A stretch of 64,000 nucleotides of DNA from Bigelowiella natans CCMP2755 (Eukaryota; Protista; Cercozoa): the NCBI GenBank assembly GCA_000320545.1, contig ADNK01000053.1:77942-141941 (forward strand), given 5' to 3'. The notes beneath the pieces are model-generated. The model was not told the origin of the DNA. It did not search any database and saw only the letters and a list, made by a program, of their open reading frames with translations. The position numbers and the translations under genes were made by a program. Each line of letters opens with the position of its first letter. Within the stretch, counting starts at the first letter, position 1. Below are positions 40,323 through 52,586 of this stretch, piece after piece.

Positions 40323-40910
40323 ACGGATGTAATGAAATGTTTCAATTTTTTCAATTGTCATCCTAATGTAGCTATGTAAAGCAGCGGCTACAGCGCTTAA
40401 ATTGTATCCATTTGTTTCCATTGTCACATGTTGCATGCACGCTTTCTATATGACGTATATTATGTGCTGTGTGAAACGCTAGAACGGATGTAATGAAGTG
40501 ATTAAGCATTTTCAATATTCATCCTAATGTAGCTGTGCAAAGCAGCGGCTACTACAGCGCTCATGTTGCGTCTCCATGCGTCTTTACTGTGTTTGTATCC
40601 TAGTAGCAGTGAAGCAGCTAGTAGCAGGTTGTCGCGAATTGAGAGAGCTCGACTTGCTTTCGTTAGCAAAGGCAATGCCAGCGCTGGTGGGATGCATGCT
40701 AGCATGATATACAATTAAGCGACATGAAGTTACTACTGTCAATGTGATTACCCATGACTTTGCGCACTGCTGCAGATTGCCAAATACATATCTCATTACA
40801 ATGTGTTCGCGGCGGGCTGAACGCGATGTCAACGAACAAATCACTTTCTGCCCAGTGGTCATCCTTATTATATCCTAACAATGTAGCTGTGCAATGCATG
40901 CGGCGGCTAC
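40323..40910. repeat. Degenerate dispersed direct repeat: two ~75-bp copies plus one partial
   Basis: acggatgtaatgaa..catcctaatgtagct(a/g)tg(t/c)aaagcagcggcta..cagcgct at 40323-40397 and 40484-40561. Partial copy atcctaacaatgtagctgtgcaa..gcggctac at 40872-40910. Confidence 0.75.
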
Positions 40911-41171
40911 GCATGGTATTGGTGAAATTGCGGCACTTGCATGCACCGCATGTGAATATGTGAATGTGTGCGTAGAGATGTCCATGTTCTGACATCATTC
41001 TTGCGAAATCGTCAGTCTTTTGTCGCTCACATCTTTCTCATCACGTAGAAACATTCAAATTCCAACCGTGACTAATCATTTGGTGTGATGCATGCCTGCA
41101 ATAATTAAACACCGCTTCCGCGGTCAAAACGATGTTCTAGGGCAAATTCGGAATGTGGATCCGCATTTCTA

Positions 41172-41508
41172 TCATTTCACAAGCCCTAGAAGTTCGGTTG
41201 CTACATCGTCCGCATCCATCATTGCTGGGAGAGCCTCGATGAGCTGAACATCAAATAAGAATCAATCGTTAATTCTTTGCATGAAAGGTGGTGGTGGTGG
41301 GAGTAGTAGTAACGTAGTAGTGGCAGTAGTAGCAGCGTCATCCCACTAAAAGTTGTTTCTTGCGTTTGCTCACCTGAGAAGAGTTTACGTCTTTTTGTCG
41401 TACCCCTTGAAGGGCTGCAAGGCACGTTGTGATTTCGTCTGGAGTCATTACTTCACCGTACACTTTCATGATGTTGAGGAGGTCCTCTCGTTTGATTGCC
41501 TAAGTAAA

Positions 41509-41541
<33 letters not shown>

Positions 41542-42102
41542 AAGGGATGGTAATTGAATCTTTGCCACAGTTGCTTCTTCCTCAAACGTGTACCTTCTCC
41601 TCATCGTCATGGATAAGCTTCTGTAGCGCTTCCTCAATCTCCCCACGTTTGAGGCCGAAAACAGAGCGGTGATTCACGTAGAGCCGCACTGCGTCCTTAA
41701 AGCAAACCTGAACAACGTGCAGTTGGGGTGTCTACGCCTTACTTATGCACTGCGGGGCTATTTTCGCTCTAATGTTAAATCAGATTTGAATTCGGCTGAT
41801 TTCACTGCCTCATCGTCGTCCTCCTACCCCTCCTATTTCTCATGTATGTCGGCATTGATGTTGTGTTCGCACGCTCAGCTTGCTTTCGTGCTGTCTACTG
41901 CGAACTCCATCGATCATACCTGAGGTATTCCGTCTGGACCTGTCGGGTATGCTTCCGATGCTAATTCTTGTTTCAGGTTGCAAATTTCGGATTCTGTCGG
42001 GAAGTATCCCATAGCGCGGAACAAATTCACAACCTATATAGGGGATGGGGGGGACCATCAGTATTCGCTCTCCAATCACACCGGCCGTGATATATACAAT
42101 AT

Positions 42103-42141
<39 letters not shown>

Positions 42142-42516
42142 GATACAAACGTGATAAAACCTGCTCCGGCGGGATGAGATTGGTGATTTTCCTCGCCTCC
42201 CTGGTGTCTATTCCCTGCTGCTTAAGCTGGCAGAGGTAGTAGAAATCTTTGAATTCTTTAAACGTCTCGCCCTCCTGACCGCCCTCCCCGAGCACGTTAG
42301 CAAATGCCTGGTTGGGATCCCCACCAAGGATGATGCTTGACTCTAAAGCATTCACAGACACTCTCCAAACGGTCACAACCTGAGGGATAGGTAGGAGGTA
42401 TTCGAATCGATGGCGGGATTTGTTGTTTGCTTGTTGGTGCTGTGTTTGAAAGAAAAAAGACGAAGAATTGCGACGTTTTTGGGGCAACACACACACGCAC
42501 ACACACACTCACACAC

Positions 42517-42565
<49 letters not shown>

Positions 42566-45102
42566 AAAGAGAGAGAAAAGAGAGAGAAAAGAGAGAGAAA
42601 AGGATAAAAACCTCGCTTTAATCTCAAGCAAAACTCTTTCGAAAAATGTGAACGTTAGTAGTACGTGATCGTCACTGCCTCCGGTGATTACGTAGCGTCC
42701 ATCGCACGTGCACGCGCAAGAGGATATCTCGCCGCTGTGTGCAATGAGCGCAGAGCTTTTGAAAGGGTCCCCATCCAAAGGCAGCTTCAGTAGACCAGTC
42801 ATCTTCGAATATCTGTTTAGGTGACGTTTTGTGTGTGCGTGTGTGTGTGTGGATGTGTGCGTGTATCAGTAAAAAGGATACAAAACATCGTGTAATCTCA
42901 CGGTTCTCCTCTCCTTGCTTGATTTATTCATCTTTTCTTTCTCCTTCTTACGTGGAGTAGAAGAGGTATTGGGAGTCGTGCAATGTCTTTCCATCCTTTC
43001 CAATACTTGGAATAACTATCAGCTCGCTCACAGGCCCCCCGTACGTAGGTGCCAAGGTTGTTTTCACGCAGCGTAGTGTATCTGAGGATGACGATATATG
43101 GCGGCACTTAATTTCTCTTTCATATGATACATTTATATTAATGAGGGAAAATTCACATTCATCATCGTGATCATCGGCCATATTTGATTTAAAGCGTCAT
43201 GTAAATCCTTGCTGCAATTACTACTACCCTTGGAGATGGTCTTAGATGCTTCCCCTGTGCTTTCATCATCTGCGTCCTCATCGTCGTCATCCTCATCGTT
43301 GTCATCATCGTCTTTTCCTCCCTTCTCATCTTGAGAATCGCTATTATTAGTGAACGACGGCAACTTGAGTCTGCTTTGTTCACCCCACAGCTTGATCTGG
43401 TAACCATTATTCGCACAGGCAAATCTTGGGTCAGTGCCTCCCAGCGGCAGGAGTGCTGTCGGGCTAGAACTTTCATCCGTCTTGGTTGTTGCCTTGAGGA
43501 TTAGACCGCGGTTAATGCTACTTGAGGTCACATCGAATTCGTGCAAAAGCCGATCCTCTCCCACCGAGAATAACCGTGGAGTTATGTCTGCCATGACTCT
43601 GCTCTCGTATAGCGTCCCTGTTGCTACTCCTGACGACGACGACGATGACGATGGCGAAGAGCCCCAGGTGGGGGGGAGGAACGATATGGATGCAATTGCC
43701 TTGGTATGAGCACGGTGGCGACCTAAAGGTGAGTGGGTTTAGCGTGCTTAGCATTACGGAGCCTGCGAGAGCTTTATGCGTATGTGTGCGATTCATTGTT
43801 GCTACAACATTATCTGTTGACACACGTTTGTATGTTCCTAGTTTCCCTCATACCCCCTTCTCCTCGTCGGATCATTATATATTACTACTACTACTACTAC
43901 TACTACTACTGCTGCTGCTGCTTTTGCTGCTACTACTATTTCTACTACCAATGTAGATCCATTCAATAGGTTTGTTCTTGCGCTCATCCCTGTGGTACCA
44001 TCGGAACAACGCGACGTGACGACCGAGGTCAGAAGTTGCAATGTAATTTCCACACGGCGAGAAGACAATCCGGCTGATAGGCTGGCTCAACTCACCCATC
44101 TCCCTGTCAATCACGACTTCTATTTGTCCAGCCTCTAGAGCTTCCGAGAGGGGGGGGGTGCGTGGATTATCACTATCTTCTTTCTCCTCATTTTTCTGCT
44201 GGTTTTGTGTCTTATCCTTCTTCTGGAAGTTCAGGAACACTAGGCGTCCATTGCCAACTCCTAGAACCATTGATTTCCCGTCGGGATGAAATGCCGCTGC
44301 GGTGATGCCGCCGCTGCTGTTGCTTCCATCGAAAGTGTGGACATGTACAGCCTTGCGAATCTTGAGGTTCCACAGCTTGAACACGCCAGATGTCGTCCCG
44401 GTCGCGAATAATGCGGGATCAGACGAATGGCATGCAACACACGACACCGGAGTGTCGAACCCTAGGTGGAGCGGTGTGTTATTAGCGGAGAGCGTGGTAG
44501 GTAATATTTAGTGTTTCATGTTGTGTGTGTATGTGTACGTGTGTGTGTTTGTGTGTGTGTGTGTGTGTGTCTGCACACGCAAATAGCATCTCTACTTCTT
44601 CAGTTTATTTTGTTGACTCTCTCCTCCTCCTCCTCATCCTCCCCCTCCCCCGTCCCCCCTCACCGTCAATTAGCTTGTGGCCACGTCGTTTCTCGGGATG
44701 GATTTTCTTGAACATGCTCGCCTCCATACGGACGACCTTTCCCCTCGTCGTGGAAACAAGAAAATCAGGACAAGAAAAGGCCTCCTCCTCCCCTTCCTCC
44801 CCTGCTTCAGCTCCGCTGGAGGCGTGGCCGAGATCACCGTGCGCAAACGAGATTGAGTGAATTCCACCAGCCTTAATGTCTTCAAACCAGGCGATAGCCT
44901 TGATGTGAAAGTCAAAGAAACTAACAATACCGTCGTCACCGCCCACGATGATGTGCTTCCCACAGACTGTTATAAGATTCAGCTTGCTCCCAGAGCCCAC
45001 CTTTATCGCCTTGACGGCCACACGACCCTACATAGTTTGACGTGGTTGTAGAGGAGAATTTCTTATGTCTAAGGGAGGGTTGTACATGTGTATATTGATA
45101 CG

Positions 45103-45173
<71 letters not shown>

Positions 45174-45251
45174 CATCGTTACTACATCGCTAGTCTGCTC
45201 GTCAACGTCAATGGGATTGTCCCAGAGAACGATATTGCCTGTTGAAACACA

Positions 45252-45294
<43 letters not shown>

Positions 45295-47212
45295 AAATAA
45301 ATATGTAAGATATTAAGAGATGCCGTCCAATTATTTGCTCATACTCCCCCTCCTCCTCCCGCTACAAGTTATCAACCGACCGCTGGTTGTAATTGTCGTC
45401 ACTTTTGAGCTGTTTGGTATGAAGGTAGACTGCGTCATCCATCCAACTTTGGCTTTGATACTCGAAATGCCCTTTCTTGGGATATGAGGCACAAGACGTC
45501 CGCCTTTCCAGCTCCAGAACACCATCTTTTTCTTCCCTGTGGGCGGAGCAACAAATTCATATACACATCCATTTGTGTTATTTTTGTAACACTGCATGCA
45601 AAATTTGTATTTGTTTTCATTAAATTGATGGCGACATATAAATTCAAGATCCCGTTTGAATCCAGAGTTTGGTATTTCCGGTAGAATCGATACAAAGTTT
45701 CATTGTTTCTTTATTCATTCTGATAAATGTAGATAGTGTACATGCAGAATTGTTTGTTCTTTGGCACCGTACCGTTTGTCAAAAGCTCAAGCTGATTGCT
45801 CTGGTTGAACCGAACGCAATGCTGAAATTCATGGCCCTTTTCGAATTCTATTTTTACGACTGGCTTAGATGATGTGTGCTCTCGATCCCAGATGGCAATT
45901 GCCTGAGGCAACGAAACCCATGTTATTTCACACCGAGGAAGAAGAGGAACTCGCGGAAGATATATCCACGGCCAACTACAGTGGAAATGGTCAGAGAAAG
46001 AAAAACTATAGTGACCTGTGGGTTTCGGTCTTTGCTGAGCGCTACGACAAATCTTGAGTCTGCAGACATGTCTGCGTCTATTACACCCTCTTGGAAGGGA
46101 GACATGATGGTCTGATGTAAATGTAACCAGAATCATTTTGACTATATTACAACGCTGAGGACGATAATGCATTGCAGAAGGAGGAAAGAGAGCTGAGCAA
46201 AAGTAAATCTGTTTGTGGAGCCCAAATCTGCTTTGTGATATCTTTCGATATGGAGGGAAGATGCATCGCCGCACAGTCTCTCCAACCTCCCACTCCTAAG
46301 ATAGCCTCCTCTTCACCTTTAAAGCTGTGCATGACTTTGTGTCCCAGAACACCATGATATTGTCCGGTCCAGTTTCCGCCGTAACGACGATATTTCGGTC
46401 CTAAAAGAAAGTAGAGATTGAGACCACGAGCAGCTTTTGTTTGTGTATCAATCAATACTAGAATGGAAACTTTTAATTTCATATATAAATAACTTTCCAC
46501 AAGTACGTGTGCAACACACACACACAAAGCACACCACAACACGCATGAAGAAGGCTGTCCTAGGTAATTATTTTTAATATGTTTTACTTTAGACAAGCAC
46601 ATTGCCGTAATGTCACTTGTATGCCCTCTTAAAAATTTCTGTTCCCCTGTCTTCAGGTCAGATACAACGCCTGGATTATCAGTAGCAGCAGTACGCAGCA
46701 AACAATTTTTTCAAGCGTGCCTCTCAGTTGATGAGAAGTTACTTATTTTCTTGATAACTATGGTAAACTTATGATATCGAGAATAACATACCTGTGTGGC
46801 CAACTACGTAGAAAAATCTACGCTTCCCATTAGATGTGAGGTACGCCAGAGTCCCCGGTGTATGAGGTGTCAATCCAGCCGACCAAACGGGAGATAATGT
46901 TTCCGGCTGTTTCACGAAAACGTGTATCAGAAACACAACACAATAGCTCACCAAACCGGCGCTTCAAACAGGTGTCGAATGGTTCAACACTCACTTTAAG
47001 ATCAATTTCCACTAAAATTCAAAATTGCCAAGCTACACACAGGCCTCGTGTGCACGAGAATGAGCTCAAAACCGTCAAGACGGCGAGCACGTCGAGAGGG
47101 AAAGAGAGACAAAAATGAGAAGTATTTTATGCACTACCGTATCTTCGGTGTTGCCATAGTCCACTATCTCCTTGGCGCCGGAGTGTTTCATATCAACCTT
47201 TGATTCATCCAT
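41172..47212 (-). CDS. CFAP251: Cilia- and flagella-associated protein 251 (WDR66): WD40 repeats + C-terminal EF-hand-like region
   Basis: Exons read QKFLRGHTSDITAMCLS, FQHCVRFNQSNQLELLTNG, MTQSTFIP, IVSFFDFHIKAIAWFEDIKAGGIHSISF, FSCPDFLVSTT, PIEWIYIG, PRLFSVGEDRLLHEFD, KTTLAPTYGGP, LLKLPLDGDPFKSSALIAHSGEIS..DGRYVITGG, GGQEGETFKEFKDFYYLCQLKQQGIDT and YGEVMTPDEITTCLAALQG..TELLGLVK*. Confidence 0.9.
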
Positions 47213-47938
47213 GGCGGGAATCGAGGAGGAGGGACACGCCACAGAGGACGCAGGTGGGGGAATACACGAGGAGGAAACGCTATGTCAGTTTCAAGTGGAG
47301 TATACATTCAGACATACCTCGTACATGAACAGATACATAAATTAAAAAAATGTTGGAATATTTTCATATGCGACAACATTTTGTATTTTATTTTTAATAT
47401 CTAAAATCCCTTCCATTTAAGTATCTCTGGGTGTCTCTGAGCCCAAATTCTTGGTAATCCCGAAGAAATCCAATCATATCACGGTTAGAAATCGTATTTT
47501 CCTTTCAATTATACAAATATATATGTCGTCCCTTATCTATACTTTTGATTTAGAAACATTCGATGCACAGTTCATTCGAAGATGATCTGGCTCATAGACT
47601 TCAGAGATCCCTTTTGCGGGAACAAATGTCCCAGTTAGTAACCGAGAGTGGATCCATAATGCATCTTATCAGCTATAATTTATTATTACGACATCCGTGT
47701 GAAGGTGTTAGTGTCGAATTTGCTCCAGAACAATGTGTCTGGAAGTCAGAAATGCTTGCTCTATTTCGAAAACGAAGCATGCTTATCGTGTAATACATAG
47801 AAGAGACATGAAGAATTTCATGTCGTATATTGAAAATCACAAACGTCGTCCAAGCTTTATTTAGTTGAGCTACTTCCTGTCACTTTTTAGATCTGGCACG
47901 CCCCCCCCTTCCCGTTACTTTCCACTGACTTAATCAAG

Positions 47939-48150
47939 GTAAATGTTGAGAACAATCGGTGAAAAACATGTCTAGCACTATATGGCAGCTGTCCTTTTTG
48001 TGAAATCGAAGAGGAAGCTTTATCCACTCTTCTATTTGCCTCTATCAGAAGACAAGCTTTCAATATTTCAATTCTCCCCTTCCTTTCTTGGTCTTGCCAA
48101 GCCTAATTTACAGAATTTATCATACTCTAAAATGTATCCACCGTATCTAG
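47939..48150 (+). other. Probable 5'-UTR intron of the EF-hand gene
   Basis: Strong donor AAG|gtaaat at 47939 and acceptor tctag| at 48150, just upstream of the ATG at 48159. Confidence 0.45.
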
Positions 48151-48158
48151 AAGGAAGT

Positions 48159-48910
48159 ATGGCAGAGCTGAAGGAATCAGAGTTGCTGTTAGAGGCTTTC
48201 AACCTCCAAATGCCCCAGAATACGAAAATTGATTCTTCAAAGCTAGGAGAGGCCCTCCGAAGCATTGGCAAGCGCCTTACGAACGAGAATATTGAGATGC
48301 TTAAGAAACGAGCTGATGAGGAGTGCAACGGAGGCCTTACATTTGAAGACTTCAAGAAGTATGCAGCTGAGGCTTCCAAGATTGAGAAGGTGTGGTTGTA
48401 AGAGATGGGGTGATTTTTGTTGATGATGATGGAGATAAGAACGGACCTTGTGATCATGAATTGGTCGGGAGAGGGAAGGAGAGATAACGGGAAAAAATCC
48501 TTTTCCATTTTGTTGCACTCTTGAGTACCTAATTATTGATTACGTACTGATGATAAATGATAGACTGACGAGGAGATCGAGAAGGCGTTTAAAGTGTTTG
48601 ACAATGGAGAAAAGAAGGGCCTTATAAATCTTACTACATTCAAACACTCGATCACAACGCTGGGGGACAAAATCCTTCCGGAGCAGGTGTTCTTTAACCA
48701 AACAAGCATGGAATATGATGATGAAGTCGTCATTGAGATGTCACATGGGGTGAGAGCGGAAGATCAGTCATTTCATCGGAAAGACTATATCCTCACTCTT
48801 TTCTCTTTTGCCTTTGCTTTAAGGTTGAGGCTCTCTTTAAGAGCGCTGGAGTCGATGGTACGAAGGAGTTCGTAGATTACAAAGTGTTCATGAATCTCCT
48901 TAAGGCGTGA
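48159..48910 (+). CDS. Calmodulin-superfamily EF-hand protein, myosin-light-chain-like (3 coding exons)
   Basis: MAELKESELLLEAFNL..IDSSKLGEALRSIGKRLTNENI..LTFEDFKK | TDEEIEKAFKVFDNGEKKGLINLTTFKHSITTLGDKILPEQ | VEALFKSAGVDGTKEFVDYKVFMNLLKA*. Most EF loops are non-canonical. Confidence 0.85.
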
Positions 48911-49953
48911 TGGCAAAAGAGCAAAATTTAGAAATAACGACCTAGACACACGACTGTAAAAAAACAGTGCTATCATTAATTGATGAGACAGGAATTGGGA
49001 TGAGAAATGAGCGGTCGTTTCTGCTACCTCAGAGGAAAAATTGGTAAAAAAGATAGTTTCTGATATGATTGCACGCAATTGCGTTCCGGTAGATAGAGTT
49101 ACATTGTAAGTAGTTTCTTCATTATCACGAGCTATTTGTGCATTTGCTACACACTTACTTTACGCATACATCATGCATATACGCATATCCAAATGTGCAC
49201 TCTCCTCGGCTGCTAACCTGTACGTGCCGTCGCTGCTTATCTAGTAGTTGTATAGTTGCTATAGCTAGATAGCTACGTACGCTTCCACATTGATTCGCCC
49301 AGCGGGACACATTTTTACAATAGTGTAGATCGAATATATCAAGATGTGCGTTATTACCTGGCTAGCTGGCAACGCACACATGTGAGTCATGTTTTTATAT
49401 TTGTGCCCGATCGCTGCTTAGTTGGCCTCCGAGACAATGCGTATGGCTCGTTAGCTTGTTGTCCATCTAGCCATGTACGTGCGCATGCATGCCCATAAAC
49501 ATAGCTAGATAGGCCCACACTCAACAATCTAGATAATGCGAATCACTGGCGTGTATGTGCGCGCAGCTCTGTGAAAATCATGCGGACAAAATTTTAATTG
49601 CGGTCCTTTAATTTAACACATTGCTAGATTGGCGATTTGCAGCGCAAAAATCGCACGCTTTCAAACACTCATTTCATTGATCTCCTCTCTACTACGACAC
49701 CTAATTTCTACATCGTTCGATCAGGCAATCGCTCATAACTTGCAAGATAAGAGACATATGTCTATTACACTCAGACTAGCAGACCACAAAACATAAATCA
49801 CATGCCGCCAGTTCCGTTCTCATCCACAATTTGACAGGTGGATAGATAGATAGATAGATAGATATAAATATAGCAGTCGAGCACGGCACACATAAGCAGG
49901 TATCACATACACTATCATCAACGTTGCTGATAATGGAATATCCCAACACTTTG

Positions 49954-50572
49954 TTAATGTGACCAGTGTCGTCCAATGTCGATGTTGACGAGAAGAGGGA
50001 TTCCAAGTTCCGGCATTGCACGCTCCATTTCCTGCTTTATGACAGCTTTCACCTCCTCGAGCGCCTCATCCGCCACTTCCAGGATCAGCTCGTCATGCAC
50101 CTTAACACAAGTAGAGACAAATGATAAATCGTACTGTATAACAAAAATATGTACAAATAACTGAGAGCATGAATATAGATACATGCATGTACTGTAGTTT
50201 CTAATGTGATCCTTTCGACATCTGTCAATATTGATGTCGTTGTTTTCTGCGGGGCGAATAATAATTACCTGCATCGTGAGACGTGCAGAGAGGGCGTCCT
50301 TTTGGATCCGTCGGGCAATATTCACCATGGCAATCTGGCCATTAAATATTAGCCACGCATAAATGAATCGGAAGAAAATCGAAATATTTGTCGACATTCT
50401 CCAACGCTAGTAGCATTTCCAATACTGCGCAGCATATTAAATACAACAGCATCCAGTGTACTCCTCCTACTTTTATGAGATCCACTGCAGAGCCCTGCAC
50501 CGGAGCATTAATTGCAAGTCTTTCCGCTCCCTTTCTCACATTCAGTCCTTAGGCAACACACACATATCATAT

Positions 50573-50608
<36 letters not shown>

Positions 50609-50785
50609 GCACACACATATATTACATATACCAATTTACATTAGAGCACATAAATTTCATCTTCACCAGAGGCAGACGATACAAGTAATGTGTATATGGA
50701 GTGGTACTTACGGGGTGAATTCACTCCTGGTACATGAATGCGCCGCCCTAGCAAAGTCTCGACATATCTAAGCAAAACCACGCAT

Positions 50786-50819
<34 letters not shown>

Positions 50820-51986
50820 ACACACACACACACGCACACGCACACACACACACACACCATTATACGGAATGTCACAGTCTCTACTTAAGAAGAGTTAAGA
50901 ATGCAACTGCGGCTATACCCTCGCTTCCTGGCCTCTTCCAGCGTGCGGTTCATGTAAGCTTGGACGCCCGGATATTGACGGAAGTACCGGGATATCATGC
51001 CGCGAGCCTGGTCGTAGGAATGGGAGGTGGCTCGTTAGAGAAGAAGAGAAAGAACAGAATGTTGTGCTGCTGCTGCTGCTGCTGCTGCTGTCGCTTAGAT
51101 TACATGTACGTTACATGTATGTCAAGATGTTCATTATGATGACGACGATGACTACGTACCTCAGGTTCCTTGACACCCAGTTGTGCTGCCAAGCCGAATC
51201 TACTCGCAACGACGACCCACCGACATAAGATGTCACACACATACGCACGCACGCACGCACGCACGCACGCACGTATATGCATATTTATTTATTCATTTGT
51301 TTATGTTTTCACACGAATTTCAATCTACATTCGTCTTAAAAAAATTATCGGTATGAATGTGTGTTTCATAGACATCTCGTGAGATCGATTTAATTTTGTG
51401 TTGGGAAGTGGGATCCACTTGCAACTTATTACGAGGACATTCCGTAGATCAGCCCGAAGTTTATTGTCTTCGCTCTTCGACGCATTTCCGCCGTCACAGC
51501 TGCCTCCGATACACCGAACATCTTTGAATTGCAACTTCTTTTGTGAGCGTATGTGCATGTGCATGTGTGTGTGTGTATGCGTATGTGCGTGCGTGTTATT
51601 CTCATATAAATATCCCTTCTGCTTTGTGTCTTTGGATATCACCAAATGCCACAAAATATGGGCTCTCCGAGTAAACGCGCGCGCGTGCACACACACATAC
51701 ACACACCTGTGATGCCGTCGCTTTGTGGACCTGCAATGACGTAAAGGGAAAAGGGGGGGAGGGAAAAAAAGAGCAATGACAAGAGTACAATAATGATGAG
51801 CTGTTGCTTTTCTAAACAATCTGTTGGTGTTTGGAAGAGTTTTGCGACGCACATCTTTGCCTTCACGAAACGCCTCCACGAGCGACTTGTCGCGGGAGAA
51901 ATTTGCCATTATCCTTAGCTCTATCTGTGGATCAGAGACGGGAATAGGATGAGGGAAGCACAAGTAGGAGGAGATATGATGGAAAT

Positions 51987-52024
<38 letters not shown>

Positions 52025-52514
52025 AAATATATTTAGTGCATTCATGTGTGTGTGTGTTTGTGTAAAAAAACGACGTCCACCTGTGAATAGTCGGCCGACA
52101 GCATTTTGTGGCCGTTTGGAGCAACGAAGGCCTCCCGCACTTCGCGCCCCTCCTTTGTCCTTGGTCACGGTATAAATGAATGAATGGATTCATGAATCAA
52201 CGAAATACGGACAAGCATCATCACACTCAGCGGACATTTGCCTGTGCACGTCTGTGAGTATTGTGCATGTTTGAGGGATTCCTACCGAGCCGGGATGTTT
52301 TGCAGATTCGGACTGGATGATGATAGCCTCCCGGTTGATGTGGTGGCCTAATTAAGAAGGGTTGTTGTTGTGTTGTAGATGTTGTTTTTGTTGCTTCTGT
52401 TGTTGTTGTTGTTGTTGTTATTGTTGTATTGTAGATGTTGTTATTGTTGCTTCTGTTATTGCTGCTGTTGTTGTTGTTATTGTTGTTTTTGAGCCTGTGT
52501 AGCAGTACACGCAG

Positions 52515-52586
<72 letters not shown>

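Noticed and set aside
47563-47793. 76-aa ORF in the CFAP251/EF-hand divergent gap
   Set aside because: No motif or convincing splice chain. Probably promoter sequence.
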